From an uncultured Candidatus Saccharibacteria bacterium (lineage in GTDB: Bacteria; Patescibacteriota; Minisyncoccia; Phycocordibacterales; Zambryskibacteraceae): a stretch of 64,000 nt of DNA. The stretch's first letter is position 1, and each line of letters begins with the position of its first letter. Shown here piece by piece: positions 1 through 9,782 of the stretch. The stretch covers positions 29,471 through 93,470 of the forward strand of contig CAZYVS010000002.1 in the NCBI GenBank assembly GCA_964651655.1. The letters are read 5' to 3'. The notes under the pieces were generated by a model that had not been told where the DNA came from, searched no databases, and saw only the letters and a list, made by a program, of their open reading frames with translations. Made by a program: the position numbers and the translations under genes.

Positions 1-924
1 GTCTTTTTCCCGCCTGTAGAGTCCAAACTTTTTGAATCCGATATCCGAGGCAATTTCGAAGGTGTGGGTATGGAAATAGTCGCTCAAGATGGCGCCATTA
101 CTGTTGTCGCTCCTCTCAAAAATTCCCCGGCTGACGAAGCCGGCATCATGGCAGGTGACAGAATTATCAAAATTAACAACAAAGAAACCGTCAGTCTCTC
201 TACCGAAGAAGCTGTGCAGATTATCCGAGGGCCCAAAGGCACAAAAGTGACTTTAACAATATTTAGAAACGGCATAAAAGAACCATTCGAGATAAAGGTG
301 GTCCGCGATGTCATAGATGTCCCGACTATCAATACTAAAGAATTACCGGGAGGAATCTTTGTTATTGAACTTTATAATTTCTCGGCTCAATCTCCTAACT
401 TCTTTCGTCTGGCTCTTCGTGAATTTATCCTTTCAAATAACGATAAGTTGATTCTTGATCTGCGCGGCAATCCGGGAGGATATCTGGAAGCGGCCATAGA
501 TATGGCCAGCTGGTTTCTGCCTTCCAGTAAAATAGTGGTTAAGGAAGATTTTGGCTCGTCAAAAGAAGAGAAAATCTACCGAAGCAAGGGTTATAACGTA
601 TTCAATGATAGTTTAAAAATGGTCATATTGGTAGATGGCGGATCCGCTTCCGCCTCTGAAATATTGGCCGGTGCCCTTTCTGAACACGGAATAGCCACTT
701 TAGTGGGGGATAAGACTTTTGGCAAAGGTTCCGTCCAAGAGCTCGTCAATATTACTTCGGACACATCTCTGAAAGTAACCATAGCCAGATGGCTGACTCC
801 CAATGGTTTGTCCATTTCCCAAAATGGCATTGAACCGGAATTTCTCGTAAAATACAACAGCGACAATAGGGAGGCTGGGCGCGACCCGCAACTTGAAAAG
901 GCGATTGAAATTTTAAAGCAGTGA
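1..924 (+). CDS. ctpA: C-terminal processing (tail-specific) peptidase, S41 family. Partial: the 5' end lies off the window, and the frame is open from nt 1.
   Basis: Contains a PDZ region and the S41 motif [14 protein letters not shown]. No stop occurs in this frame upstream of the ORF-track M at 64. Confidence 0.85.
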   Translation, partial: VFFPPVESKLFESDIRGNFEGVGMEIVAQDGAITVVAPLKNSPADEAGIMAGDRIIKINNKETVSLSTEEAVQIIRGPKGTKVTLTIFRNGIKEPFEIKVVRDVIDVPTINTKELPGGIFVIELYNFSAQSPNFFRLALREFILSNNDKLILDLRGNPGGYLEAAIDMASWFLPSSKIVVKEDFGSSKEEKIYRSKGYNVFNDSLKMVILVDGGSASASEILAGALSEHGIATLVGDKTFGKGSVQELVNITSDTSLKVTIARWLTPNGLSISQNGIEPEFLVKYNSDNREAGRDPQLEKAIEILKQ

Positions 925-1208
925 AAATAATTTTACTTAAAGATATCAAGGGAATAGGGAAGAGGTTTGAGGAAAAAAATGTTTCTGATGGCTACGCTAA
1001 TAATTTTTTAATCCCTAAGAACCTAGCGGTACCCGTCAGTCCGACTTCTTTAAACATGATTAAACAAATGAAAGAGCGGAGTGAGAAAAACAGAGCGGAA
1101 GAAGAAAAAGAAATAAATGAAAAAATATTAAAACGTAAGGAAAAACATGAGGCGCTTGAAAAGTTTAGACAGGCTAGCCTCGCCGCCGCAGAATTTAGGC
1201 GGGAATAA
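921..1208 (+). CDS. rplI: Ribosomal protein L9 (short form, N-terminal domain plus linker)
   Basis: [36 protein letters not shown] matches the L9 N-terminus. A GTG/ATG start overlaps the ctp stop. Confidence 0.8.
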   Translation: MKIILLKDIKGIGKRFEEKNVSDGYANNFLIPKNLAVPVSPTSLNMIKQMKERSEKNRAEEEKEINEKILKRKEKHEALEKFRQASLAAAEFRRE

Positions 1209-1473
1209 CGTGCATCACCTTCTTTTTGACCACTTTATTGTTAAAATGAATTTTGCGCTTGTAACCAATAGAAACCAGACCGTCTCTAATAGCAAAGAGG
1301 GTGTGATCGCCGCCCATGGAAACATTTTTGCCGGCCAACACATCCGAACCTCGTTGACGCACCAAAACAGACCCGGCTTTGGCAGAACTTCCCGGGGAAA
1401 TCTTGACGCCGAGATATTTCGGGTTGGAATCTCGACCGTTTTTACTTGTACCCGCCGATTTTTTATGTGCCAT
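1195..1473 (-). CDS. rpmA: Ribosomal protein L27
   Basis: [24 protein letters not shown]...GGDHTLFA is the L27 signature. Confidence 0.9.
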   Translation of the reverse strand: MAHKKSAGTSKNGRDSNPKYLGVKISPGSSAKAGSVLVRQRGSDVLAGKNVSMGGDHTLFAIRDGLVSIGYKRKIHFNNKVVKKKVMHVIPA

Positions 1474-1484
1474 AATTAAGTCGT

Positions 1485-1928
1485 ATGAGTTTACAGGATA
1501 TCTTAAATAAAATCAAGCCCCAATCTCAAGTCGAGATTGTTGAATTTAATGAGAAAGGGGAGATAGAATCTTTTCCTTTGTTTCGAAAACTTTTTTTATC
1601 CATCGTCATAATTTTGGTAGTCTCATTATCTTTTGGTATCGGACGATTATCGGTGATGGGGAAGAGGGAAGCGGTCAAAATCGAGTATGATCCAGAAATT
1701 TCTAATACCCCGCTCTTAACACCAAAGGAACAAATGGCCTCGGTTGTACAAGCGATATCCAAATCCAACAATGAGGTAATAACTTCTAAGAATGGCACCC
1801 GTTATCATTATTCGCATTGCCCAGGCGCCAAACAAATCAAAGAAGCCAATAAAATCGTTTTTGCAACACCGGCGGCGGCCGAAGCGGCCGGTTATACTCT
1901 GGCGGCCAATTGTTCACCCAAACCCTAA
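1485..1928 (+). CDS. Hypothetical membrane-anchored protein with a C-terminal Ada-like metal-binding motif
   Basis: One TM helix ([17 protein letters not shown]). The C-terminal YHYSHCPG...[11 protein letters not shown] resembles an Ada Zn-binding-like motif. Confidence 0.4.
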   Translation: MSLQDILNKIKPQSQVEIVEFNEKGEIESFPLFRKLFLSIVIILVVSLSFGIGRLSVMGKREAVKIEYDPEISNTPLLTPKEQMASVVQAISKSNNEVITSKNGTRYHYSHCPGAKQIKEANKIVFATPAAAEAAGYTLAANCSPKP

Positions 1929-2192
1929 GGTCTAGGTTATCAATAATATGGCTTAGTAGAGCCATTCTGTAAATATTTCGCCATTTAAATTACTTGACTT
2001 CAAGAGTTGAATATGATAGTCTGTAGAGGAGTCAGCAGGTGCTGGCTTTTCGTTTAGGAGAGCTCTTACAGTTATGGCCACCTAAAATTAGAAATTTAAT
2101 TTACTGTTATTTTACAGCTTACGACCATTAGTCTTCTCTTAAGCTTCTCATCCGGAGCGTTTGCAGTATTACCCGCGATACCATCGCTCGTC

Positions 2193-2600
2193 ATGCCTAC
2201 GATCAGTCCGGAGGTAACGGTAGAGCCGGTGCCTAAAGAAGCCAGGGCCGAAGACTATCAGCCGATTACAGATTCGAGAAACGTCGAGAAATTCATTAAT
2301 GATTATTTCGCCGACATTCCTGTTCTCGCCCAAATTGCCAAATGCGAGTCGCGCTATCGCCAATTTAACTCAAAGGGCGAAGTGCTAAGAGGAGAAAAAA
2401 ACCGCTACGACAGAGGCGTGATGCAGATCAATGTTTTGTACCATGCTCAAACTGCCGAAGAATTGGGGTTGAACCTGCAAAACATAGACGACAACGTCGC
2501 TTATGCCCGTTATCTCTATGAGAGAGAAGGCGCCAAACCTTGGATGTCTTCATCAAAGTGTTGGGCCAAGTTCAATCAATCTGAAATCGCCAGGAGTTAA
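2193..2600 (+). CDS. Lysozyme-like/transglycosylase-like domain protein (start uncertain; the upstream in-frame stretch looks like a signal peptide but has no ATG/GTG)
   Basis: The CESRYRQF...GVMQIN motif resembles SLT/lysozyme-like folds. Confidence 0.4.
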   Translation: MPTISPEVTVEPVPKEARAEDYQPITDSRNVEKFINDYFADIPVLAQIAKCESRYRQFNSKGEVLRGEKNRYDRGVMQINVLYHAQTAEELGLNLQNIDDNVAYARYLYEREGAKPWMSSSKCWAKFNQSEIARS

Positions 2601-2604
2601 TCCT

Positions 2605-2648
2605 CAAACAACCCCCACCATAACCGGCGGGGGTTGTTTGTATTTTAT
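2605..2648 (+). terminator. Rho-independent terminator after the lysozyme-like gene
   Basis: AACAACCCCC...GGGGGTTGTT hairpin followed by TGTATTTTATT. Confidence 0.5.
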
Positions 2649-2932
2649 TGCAGGGTAGGGCACTTTTAGTTTATTGTAGGGTGTCGCACAATATATCTTT
2701 GCGACATTATGATCATCTCCAATAAGCTGAAACTGAACCACATTTATCACATTTATAATGTGCTATAGCATAAGTTAGATGTATCCCCTATCATGTATCA
2801 CACATCTTCACACTACAATTTAAAATCTAATTAAAATTTAAGTAGTAAAATTTTCTTATAAAAAATGACATTAAAAAAATACCCCCTCTCCCCCATTTTG
2901 ACCAATAGGGAAGTTTTAAGATTTTACCTGTG

Positions 2933-3847
2933 TTATGTGTTATGTAAAAAATATTTTAATAAAGCCATACGGACTATAAGTCCATATTTAGCCTGTTTAA
3001 AATACACAGCCTTGGGAGATATATCAACTTCAGAAGTAATTTCATCAATCCTGGGTAATGGATGCATAATGATACTCTTTGATTTCATTTTATTTGCTTC
3101 TTTCATGGTTAAAATATAACTGCCCTTATACTTGTTATACTTCTCAATTGTGTCGAATCTTTCTTTCTGAATTCTTGTCTGATACAAGACATCTATATCC
3201 GACAAAACATCATCGAACCTATTACACTCTCTGAAGGAAATTTTGTGTTTATTTAAATAATCCTTGATGTCATTTCCTATTGAGAGTTCTTGTGGTGAGA
3301 CGAGGAACATTTCTATGTCTTTATATTTACCCAACAAGTATGTTAAAGATCTTACGGTTCTACCGTTCTTAAGATCACCGACAAAAGCGATCTTAATTCC
3401 ATTAATCTTATTTAACTCGCATCTTATCGTGTATAGGTCAAGCAAGGCTTGGGTCGGATGCTGACCAGCCCCATCGCCTGCATTGATGATCGGAATACTT
3501 GAAACTCTAGCGGCTCTTTCTGAAGCGCCTTTTTCAGAATGCCTTAAAACAATAATATCAGCGTAATGATTAACGACTCTAATAGTATCTTCCAGAGTTT
3601 CTCCCTTTGCCGCCGAAGAAAATTCTTGAGCATTGTCGGTAGTGATAACATTACCTCCTAGACGAAGCATGGCTGATTCGAAGGAAAAACGTGTCCGAGT
3701 ACTTGGTTCATAGAAAAGAGAGGCCATAATCTTCCCTTCCAGACCACCTGTTTTATACCCATCATTTTTTAAGAAAGAGTCCGCAATTTTAAAAAGACCA
3801 TTGAGAATCTTGAGTTCAAATTGCTGAGATTCAACTAAATGCCTCAT
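2933..3847 (-). CDS. pyrB: Aspartate carbamoyltransferase catalytic subunit
   Basis: STRTRFSFE and HPTQALLD motifs. Start at MRHLV is likely; an extended -10 (TGGTAGAAT) lies immediately upstream. Confidence 0.85.
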   Translation of the reverse strand: MRHLVESQQFELKILNGLFKIADSFLKNDGYKTGGLEGKIMASLFYEPSTRTRFSFESAMLRLGGNVITTDNAQEFSSAAKGETLEDTIRVVNHYADIIVLRHSEKGASERAARVSSIPIINAGDGAGQHPTQALLDLYTIRCELNKINGIKIAFVGDLKNGRTVRSLTYLLGKYKDIEMFLVSPQELSIGNDIKDYLNKHKISFRECNRFDDVLSDIDVLYQTRIQKERFDTIEKYNKYKGSYILTMKEANKMKSKSIIMHPLPRIDEITSEVDISPKAVYFKQAKYGLIVRMALLKYFLHNT

Positions 3848-4013
3848 GTGGTTTCTGGGCATTCTACCACACAGGTCAATTCTCCCCTATTCTTTTATTT
3901 ATCCAAAAGGCCGGTCCACCATTTGAAAGTAAAGGTCATTAAAAGATAAGCCGGTAAATAAATGGGTATTAAAATGAAAAACAAAATTATTCGCAATGCT
4001 TTCATAAAAATTT

Positions 4014-4247
4014 TCATATAGATTGTCGAGTCGAGAACAATGCTAAAATCATTCGCCAAACATAGAGAGTGGGAATTTTCGCATAGGACCAGGTAACACT
4101 TAGTACGTCTTTTATGTAATTTATAGTATTTCTCCCCTGCTCTGAATTGGCCGCGTCAATAATAGACCAATTAAAAAAATATTTAAGGAGAGCTAGGGCG
4201 ATAACAACAAGTATCAACCAGCTGATAAAACCTTTACTTCTCGGCAT
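4014..4247 (-). CDS. Small hypothetical membrane protein
   Basis: 77-aa ORF with a hydrophobic N-terminus between the M23 peptidase gene and pyrB. Confidence 0.3.
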   Translation of the reverse strand: MPRSKGFISWLILVVIALALLKYFFNWSIIDAANSEQGRNTINYIKDVLSVTWSYAKIPTLYVWRMILALFSTRQSI

Positions 4248-4283
4248 AGTTATATTTTACCTCTCGACAAAGCTCGAGGCAAG

Positions 4284-5567
4284 TTAGAGAAGTGGCAGGT
4301 AGGCAAGAGGATCGAGATATGCGTCCCGGCCTTTTGCAATCGGAACAAAAACTTGCTTGCATCCGATGCTCGTCGTGAATTGTCTAATCTCCACACCTTG
4401 CGAGGCAAGAAGTCCAACATGAAGGTGCGGACCTTTAGAATATCCCGAACCATATGCGCCCGGTACTCCACCCGAATAGCCAATGATTTGTTTCGTTGTC
4501 ACCCTTTGGCCCTTTTGCACGAGCGAGGCGGAGAGATGGGCATAGATACTTGAAAGACCATTATCGTGTTTGACAAGTATCCAGCGTCCATACGAATAAC
4601 ATCCTCGCTGGTCGTCCGTATTGCCGGTACCTTCAACCACTCCGGAGAGCACAGAACGGATAGGAGTACCCATAGAAGCCCTTAAATCCAGACCGTTATG
4701 GAAACAGTCGGCGCCGCCATAAATGTTGCAATCCGACCTACCAAAACGTCCCGTAATAAAGACCTGATCCAAGGGCCAAGCAAGAATCCCCCGTTTGGGT
4801 TCCGGGAAAAGCGAAGGGTCAAGTGTGATACGCAATTCCTGTTCCAGTCTATATAGATCGGTTTCCGATTCTTTCTGCCGCGCCATGTTTTCTTGAATAA
4901 GCTTTTGATAAGCCGCTTCTTTATTTTTGGTCGCGGCCAGAAGCTTTTCTTTCGCTTTCTGATTCTCTTCCACAACCGATTTTTGGCCGCTCAACTGCCC
5001 GCGCAAACTCACTTGTTCTTCTTTAACTTTTTCTTTCTCCGCTTTTTCCTGATTGAGAATTCTGCGAGTTTCGCGCAGAGCGGAAATTTCTTCTTCCAAA
5101 CGAGTATTCAGACCGGCGAGTTGACTCCCGTCTCTCCAAATATCCGAGAGTTTGACGGAAGCCAGTAGTTGAAGTATCAATGGACGAGCGTCATATTCGG
5201 ACAAGGCCAAAATGGTGTCGGCAATGGCGGTTCGATATGTGATAATTTGTTGTTCTTTTTCGCTCATAGAATTCTCAAGCGAACGGATATTCAAATCGGT
5301 GGAAGTAATTTTCGATTGGGTAATGCTGATATCCTTGGCCAATTTCTTTTTGGTGGCGTCAAGCGATTTGACCGCGCTGCCGAGGGTCTGGCTCTCTTTA
5401 TTAATTTCATCCAGCTCGGACTGAAGCTTCTTTTGTTCTTCAACAAGCACTTCCCTATTTCTTCGAACTTTATCTATTTGTTGTTCTAATTCACTCGGAT
5501 TGGCGGCATTTAGAACAAACGGTATGATTAAAAAAATAATAAAAATGCTGATAAATCCCCCGTTCAT
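4284..5567 (-). CDS. M23-family peptidase with N-terminal coiled coil (EnvC-like murein hydrolase activator)
   Basis: Signal/TM segment, a long coiled coil, and a C-terminal LytM/M23 motif GPHLHVGL. Confidence 0.8.
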   Translation of the reverse strand: MNGGFISIFIIFLIIPFVLNAANPSELEQQIDKVRRNREVLVEEQKKLQSELDEINKESQTLGSAVKSLDATKKKLAKDISITQSKITSTDLNIRSLENSMSEKEQQIITYRTAIADTILALSEYDARPLILQLLASVKLSDIWRDGSQLAGLNTRLEEEISALRETRRILNQEKAEKEKVKEEQVSLRGQLSGQKSVVEENQKAKEKLLAATKNKEAAYQKLIQENMARQKESETDLYRLEQELRITLDPSLFPEPKRGILAWPLDQVFITGRFGRSDCNIYGGADCFHNGLDLRASMGTPIRSVLSGVVEGTGNTDDQRGCYSYGRWILVKHDNGLSSIYAHLSASLVQKGQRVTTKQIIGYSGGVPGAYGSGYSKGPHLHVGLLASQGVEIRQFTTSIGCKQVFVPIAKGRDAYLDPLAYLPLL

Positions 5568-6451
5568 TTAGTTCTTATTTTACCAAGATTGAAATGTTTC
5601 CGGTTCACCCAAGCCAGTTTTTTCTCATCAAAAATCGCACCCCCTTTATGAACTCTGGAGAAGTCAAAAACATTTATCAATTCATCAAGAGTAAAAATTT
5701 CCTGTTCCGTGCCGGGATTCCAGCCTAAAAGCGCGAGGTAATTGGTAATGGCTTCCGGCGAGTAGCCTTTACGGCGATAGTGATCAAGCGAAACCGACTC
5801 TCCGTGCTTGCGTTTGGAGAGTTTTGATCTGTCCGGAGCCAAAATCAGAGAGAGATGCGCGTACATTGGCCGCGGCGCGCCAATCGCTTCTTGGATTAAA
5901 ATTTGCCTGGGTGTGTTTGAGATGTGATCTTCGCCGCGAATGACATGTGTAATCCCCGATTCAAAATCATCGACTACAACAGCCAGATGATAAAGCGGTT
6001 CGTTAAGATTTCTGGCAATGATAAAATCTCCCAGTTCAGTGGTGTCAAACTCTACCTGACCACGAACTAAATCTTCAAAAACCACTTGTTTGTTAGGATT
6101 TCTAAAACGCACCACTTCCCTATTTTCACCTTCTATCTCCGTCGAAATATAAGCTTTGTCAGTTTGTATTAATTTATTCAAGTAAGACTTGTAAATGTCC
6201 GTGCGTTCAGACTGGTGCCAAAGCTCGCCATCCCATTCCAATTTAAGCCATTCGAGACTTTCAAAGATATCGCCTTCAAATTCTTTTTTTGATCTGGTCT
6301 TATCTGTGTCTTCCATTCTTAAAATAAATTTTCCATTATTTTTTCTAGCAAATAAAAAATTAAAAAGAGCCGTGCGCGCGCTACCAACGTGAAAACTGCC
6401 CGTCGGCGATGGCGCCATTCTTACTACTACTTTTTGATTATTGCCCGTCAT
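5564..6451 (-). CDS. Glutamyl-tRNA synthetase catalytic-domain paralog lacking the anticodon-binding domain (GluQ-like architecture)
   Basis: RMAPSPTGSFHVGSARTALFN (HIGH region), KLSKRKHG (KMSKS), VVVDDFESGITHVIRGEDH. Only 295 aa; 4-nt overlaps with murG and the M23 gene. Confidence 0.75.
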   Translation of the reverse strand: MTGNNQKVVVRMAPSPTGSFHVGSARTALFNFLFARKNNGKFILRMEDTDKTRSKKEFEGDIFESLEWLKLEWDGELWHQSERTDIYKSYLNKLIQTDKAYISTEIEGENREVVRFRNPNKQVVFEDLVRGQVEFDTTELGDFIIARNLNEPLYHLAVVVDDFESGITHVIRGEDHISNTPRQILIQEAIGAPRPMYAHLSLILAPDRSKLSKRKHGESVSLDHYRRKGYSPEAITNYLALLGWNPGTEQEIFTLDELINVFDFSRVHKGGAIFDEKKLAWVNRKHFNLGKIRTK

Positions 6452-7593
6452 TTCTCTATCTCGTGCTCAAGAGCAATTTTTAGGACCTCTTCGGCAATCA
6501 AGCGCGCGGCGTTGGGCTTATAAAATGCCTTGGCCGCCGCTTTCATTTTTTCCCGCTCCGCCTCATTTGTCATCAGACGTTCAATTTCTGACGCGAGAAT
6601 ATTGGCGGTAAGATTATTTTCTTCTATCACTTCACAAGCCCCGGCGCGAGCGTAGGCAAAAGCGTTAGAATGCTGGTCGCGGCTGACCTTCTCGTTAATC
6701 GGAATGATGATTGACGGCACACCCCAAGCCGCAATCTCAAAAATGGTTGAACCGGCGCGAGAAATGACCAAAGAAGCCACTCCGGCCGCTGTGCGCATGG
6801 TCACGACATTCAAATAATCGATGGCCTTATATCTATCTTTATGGAGTGAATCAAAAAGCACGGCTTCGCTTGTGGCTCTCACTTCAACAATATTATTCTT
6901 GCCGGCTTGATGAATAATATTGTATTTTTTCACTAGATTCTTAAGATCTTCTAAAATAACATCGTTAATTTTTTGAGCTCCTTGCGAGCCGCCAAGCACT
7001 AAAATAACGGGTGTATTTTCTTCAATCTTTAAAAACTCGCGAGCGCCGGAAGTTATCGGTATAGCTATCTCTTGGCGCACCGGCTGTCCGGTATAAGCAA
7101 CCGCATTGGGCGGGAAATATTTAGCCGCCTCCTTATAAGAAACCGCGATGATTTTGGCAAATTTACCGGCCCATAAGTTCACTCTTCCCGGGATAGTATC
7201 GGATTCGTGAATAACCACAGGAATACGCAAAAGACGCGCCGCCATTAATACCGGGAAACTCGCGTATCCTCCCTTGCCAAAAACAACGTCTGGATAAAGC
7301 TTATACACCATATAAAAAGACGAGAGAACGCCCCAGCTCGTTTTTAACAAATCCAAGAAATTCGGAAAAAAAATCAACCAGTTGGCGGAACGGCGAATTT
7401 TGCCGGCGCTATTTTTTTTATAAATAATGCCGTGTTCAAAAAGCACTCCGGGGTTATAGGGCGCGGGAGCTATATAAAAAAGCTCCAGTTCAAGAAGTTT
7501 TTTTTTCTTGGCGAGATTGTTAAGTTCTTCGGCTATGGAAACTATCGGGTAAAAATGTCCCCCGGTACCACCGCCGGTAAATAAAATGCGCAT
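6448..7593 (-). CDS. murG: UDP-GlcNAc:undecaprenyl-PP-MurNAc-pentapeptide GlcNAc transferase
   Basis: N-terminal MRILFTGGGTGGHFYPIVSIAEEL. Confidence 0.9.
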   Translation of the reverse strand: MRILFTGGGTGGHFYPIVSIAEELNNLAKKKKLLELELFYIAPAPYNPGVLFEHGIIYKKNSAGKIRRSANWLIFFPNFLDLLKTSWGVLSSFYMVYKLYPDVVFGKGGYASFPVLMAARLLRIPVVIHESDTIPGRVNLWAGKFAKIIAVSYKEAAKYFPPNAVAYTGQPVRQEIAIPITSGAREFLKIEENTPVILVLGGSQGAQKINDVILEDLKNLVKKYNIIHQAGKNNIVEVRATSEAVLFDSLHKDRYKAIDYLNVVTMRTAAGVASLVISRAGSTIFEIAAWGVPSIIIPINEKVSRDQHSNAFAYARAGACEVIEENNLTANILASEIERLMTNEAEREKMKAAAKAFYKPNAARLIAEEVLKIALEHEIEK

Positions 7594-7599
7594 TGTTTT

Positions 7600-7627
7600 T
7601 TATTTATAGTGAGCTTAGTCGAACTAA
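7600..7627 (-). promoter_or_regulatory. Conserved intercistronic motif, copy a (ftsW stop to murG start)
   Basis: Coding-strand sequence TAGTTCGACTAAGCTCACTATAAATAAAAAACA-ATG. TAG is the ftsW stop codon. Confidence 0.6.
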
Positions 7628-8733
7628 GACCCCTTGTTTTTGGAAATAGAGAGAATAATGCCCACTTCAATCAGAGTGACGAAGAGAGAGGTGCCGCCGT
7701 GACTGACAAAGGGTAAAGTAATGCCTGACAACGGAATGACCCCGAGCATGGCGCCGATATTGACGAATGCTTGGGACGTTATCATTATAACAATTCCGAT
7801 GACCGTGAGTCTAGCAAAAATATTTGTCGTCTCCGACGCAATTTTGAGGCCGCGGGCGGCAAAGAGAACAAACATTAACAGTAAAAAAACCGCGCCGACA
7901 AAACCAAACTCCTCTGCAGCGACAGCAAAAATCGAATCTCCGATCGGCTCGGGCAGATAAGTAAACTTCTGAACACTTTGGCCAAATCCACGGCCAAAGA
8001 GGCCGCCAGAACCAACCGCGATGAGGGCTTGCTGGACTTGATAGCTTGCCCCTTGGGCGTCCACTTGGGTATTTAAATATGTGGTAATGCGTTGCATGAT
8101 ATACGGCCGGGTAAAAGCCAGAAACGCTAAGCCAATACTCCCGGCCAGAATAACCATCCAGACGTAGCGCCATTTTCCCCCCGCTACGATAAACATAGCC
8201 ATGCCGGCAAAGATAATCAGAAGGAAATTATCAGTGTCAGGTTGGTTTAAAAGAAGCAGGGCCGAAATAATCAAGAGAATAAGAAGCGGTAAGAAACCCC
8301 ATCGGAAAGTTTTTATTTTCTCCTTCACTCCGGCAGCCCAAGCCGCAAAATAAATAATAAAAGCCAGCTTTAATATTTCAGAGGTCTGAAAAGAAATACC
8401 GCCAAGCACAATCCAGCGCCGAGCGCCAGCGTGTTCAAAACCGATTTCCGGCACCAATACCAAAATATTGAGGATAATAGCGGCCGCCAGAAGCCAGAAA
8501 GCGGATTTTTTCCAGAACTGAAAGTCTAAACGCGAAACAGTCGTCATCGCTATCGTGCCCAAAAATAAACCAAAAACAGTCTGTGAAAAAACAATGTTTG
8601 AATAGTTTGAATTTTCTTTTGCCAGAAGAGCGAGAGCGGCGGAACTGAAAATAAAAAAACCGGATATTATTAAAATGATGGAAATGAATAAAAACGATTT
8701 ATCAACTTTTCTGCGACTTACCATACTTACCAT
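7624..8733 (-). CDS. ftsW: SEDS-family cell division protein FtsW/RodA
   Basis: Polytopic membrane protein with SEDS motifs, located between mraY and murG. Confidence 0.85.
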   Translation of the reverse strand: MVSMVSRRKVDKSFLFISIILIISGFFIFSSAALALLAKENSNYSNIVFSQTVFGLFLGTIAMTTVSRLDFQFWKKSAFWLLAAAIILNILVLVPEIGFEHAGARRWIVLGGISFQTSEILKLAFIIYFAAWAAGVKEKIKTFRWGFLPLLILLIISALLLLNQPDTDNFLLIIFAGMAMFIVAGGKWRYVWMVILAGSIGLAFLAFTRPYIMQRITTYLNTQVDAQGASYQVQQALIAVGSGGLFGRGFGQSVQKFTYLPEPIGDSIFAVAAEEFGFVGAVFLLLMFVLFAARGLKIASETTNIFARLTVIGIVIMITSQAFVNIGAMLGVIPLSGITLPFVSHGGTSLFVTLIEVGIILSISKNKGS

Positions 8734-8735
8734 AA

Positions 8736-9782
8736 TTAACTAATGAGCGCCAGAATAACACCAGTAATGGCACTAATGACAGAGACTATCCAGTAGCGCA
8801 TCACCACTTTTTCCCTCGGCCAACCCAAAGCCTGAAAGTGGTGATGAAGAGGTGTCACTCTAAAAATTTTTCTCTTAAAAAATTTATAGAAAATGTAAAC
8901 TTGAATAATGACAGAGGCGGAAGTGGCCACCAACGGCAAGGCAATAATGGGCAAAAGAAGCACCGAATCTGTGAGAAAAGCGATGACTGAAAGCGCTACA
9001 GTCAGGGCCATCATCCCCGTCTCCCCCATATAGAAACGCGCCGGCGGCACATTGAACCATAAGAAAGCAAGGATGGCGCCGGCGATGGCGCCGGCAAGAG
9101 CGGAAATATCAATTTGATTATTGACGAAGGCAATAACGGCGAAAGCGGTAAAGACCGAAGCCAGAACTCCGCCGGCCAGGCCGTCAATACCGTCAATCAC
9201 GGAAGTTGAGAAGGTGGCCAGCATAACAATAATAAAGAAAGGTATGAACCAAATCCCTAAATACCAATCGCCGTTAAACGGAATGTGAACGGAATTAAAA
9301 TCAAGTTTATAGTAGAACCACAAACTGATAGCGAGCCCGATACCGATAACTGAAATAGTTTTAATTTTGCGGTAAATCAGAGCATCTTGAGCAAAACGAC
9401 CATGGCCGTAAATATGCACCAGATCGTCTGCCAATCCTATCAAAGCGGCCAAGAAAAAGGCCCCCAACGGCACCAGAGTTTGCGAACGGGAAAAGAAATT
9501 CAGTTTTAAGGTCAAATCGGACGGCATCATTAATGAAAGAAAATAAATGGCGCCAACGGTCAAAAGCACCGCGACCCAAATTATTATTCCGCCCACTTTT
9601 GGGACGCTAAGTTCATGTTCTGTATTATGAATATTTTTAAAAGCCTCGGAAGTGCCGGCGTTCGTCCTGGGCGACTTTTTCCACATTTTGTACCGATAAA
9701 AATATCTGGTAAAAAAAGGAGTAATAAGAACACCTATAAAAAAGGTAAGAACCGTTGGTAAAATGATTTTTAGAATATCCAT
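8736..9782 (-). CDS. mraY: Phospho-N-acetylmuramoyl-pentapeptide transferase
   Basis: GLADDL and IDGIDGLAGG motifs. Confidence 0.9.
   Translation of the reverse strand: MDILKIILPTVLTFFIGVLITPFFTRYFYRYKMWKKSPRTNAGTSEAFKNIHNTEHELSVPKVGGIIIWVAVLLTVGAIYFLSLMMPSDLTLKLNFFSRSQTLVPLGAFFLAALIGLADDLVHIYGHGRFAQDALIYRKIKTISVIGIGLAISLWFYYKLDFNSVHIPFNGDWYLGIWFIPFFIIVMLATFSTSVIDGIDGLAGGVLASVFTAFAVIAFVNNQIDISALAGAIAGAILAFLWFNVPPARFYMGETGMMALTVALSVIAFLTDSVLLLPIIALPLVATSASVIIQVYIFYKFFKRKIFRVTPLHHHFQALGWPREKVVMRYWIVSVISAITGVILALIS

Noticed and set aside
1994-2060. Possible promoter or weak hairpin between the 1485-1928 gene and the lysozyme-like gene
   Set aside because: The TTGACT / TAGTCT boxes have poor spacing and the hairpin CAGCA-GG-TGCTG is too short. 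This is too weak to call.
2865-3119. 84-aa plus-strand ORF overlapping the pyrB 3' end
   Set aside because: It is antisense to a confidently assigned pyrB and has AT-rich low-complexity translation. Similar antisense ORFs inside dnaK, uvrA, leuS, rpoA, alaS and asnB were ignored for the same reason.
7600-7627. Interpreting the conserved intercistronic motif as a bona fide T7-type phage promoter
   Set aside because: Only the 9-nt CTCACTATA core matches. The upstream specificity region is displaced by 3-4 nt, and no single-subunit RNAP gene is visible in the window. The finding is kept as an unexplained conserved element, not a phage promoter.
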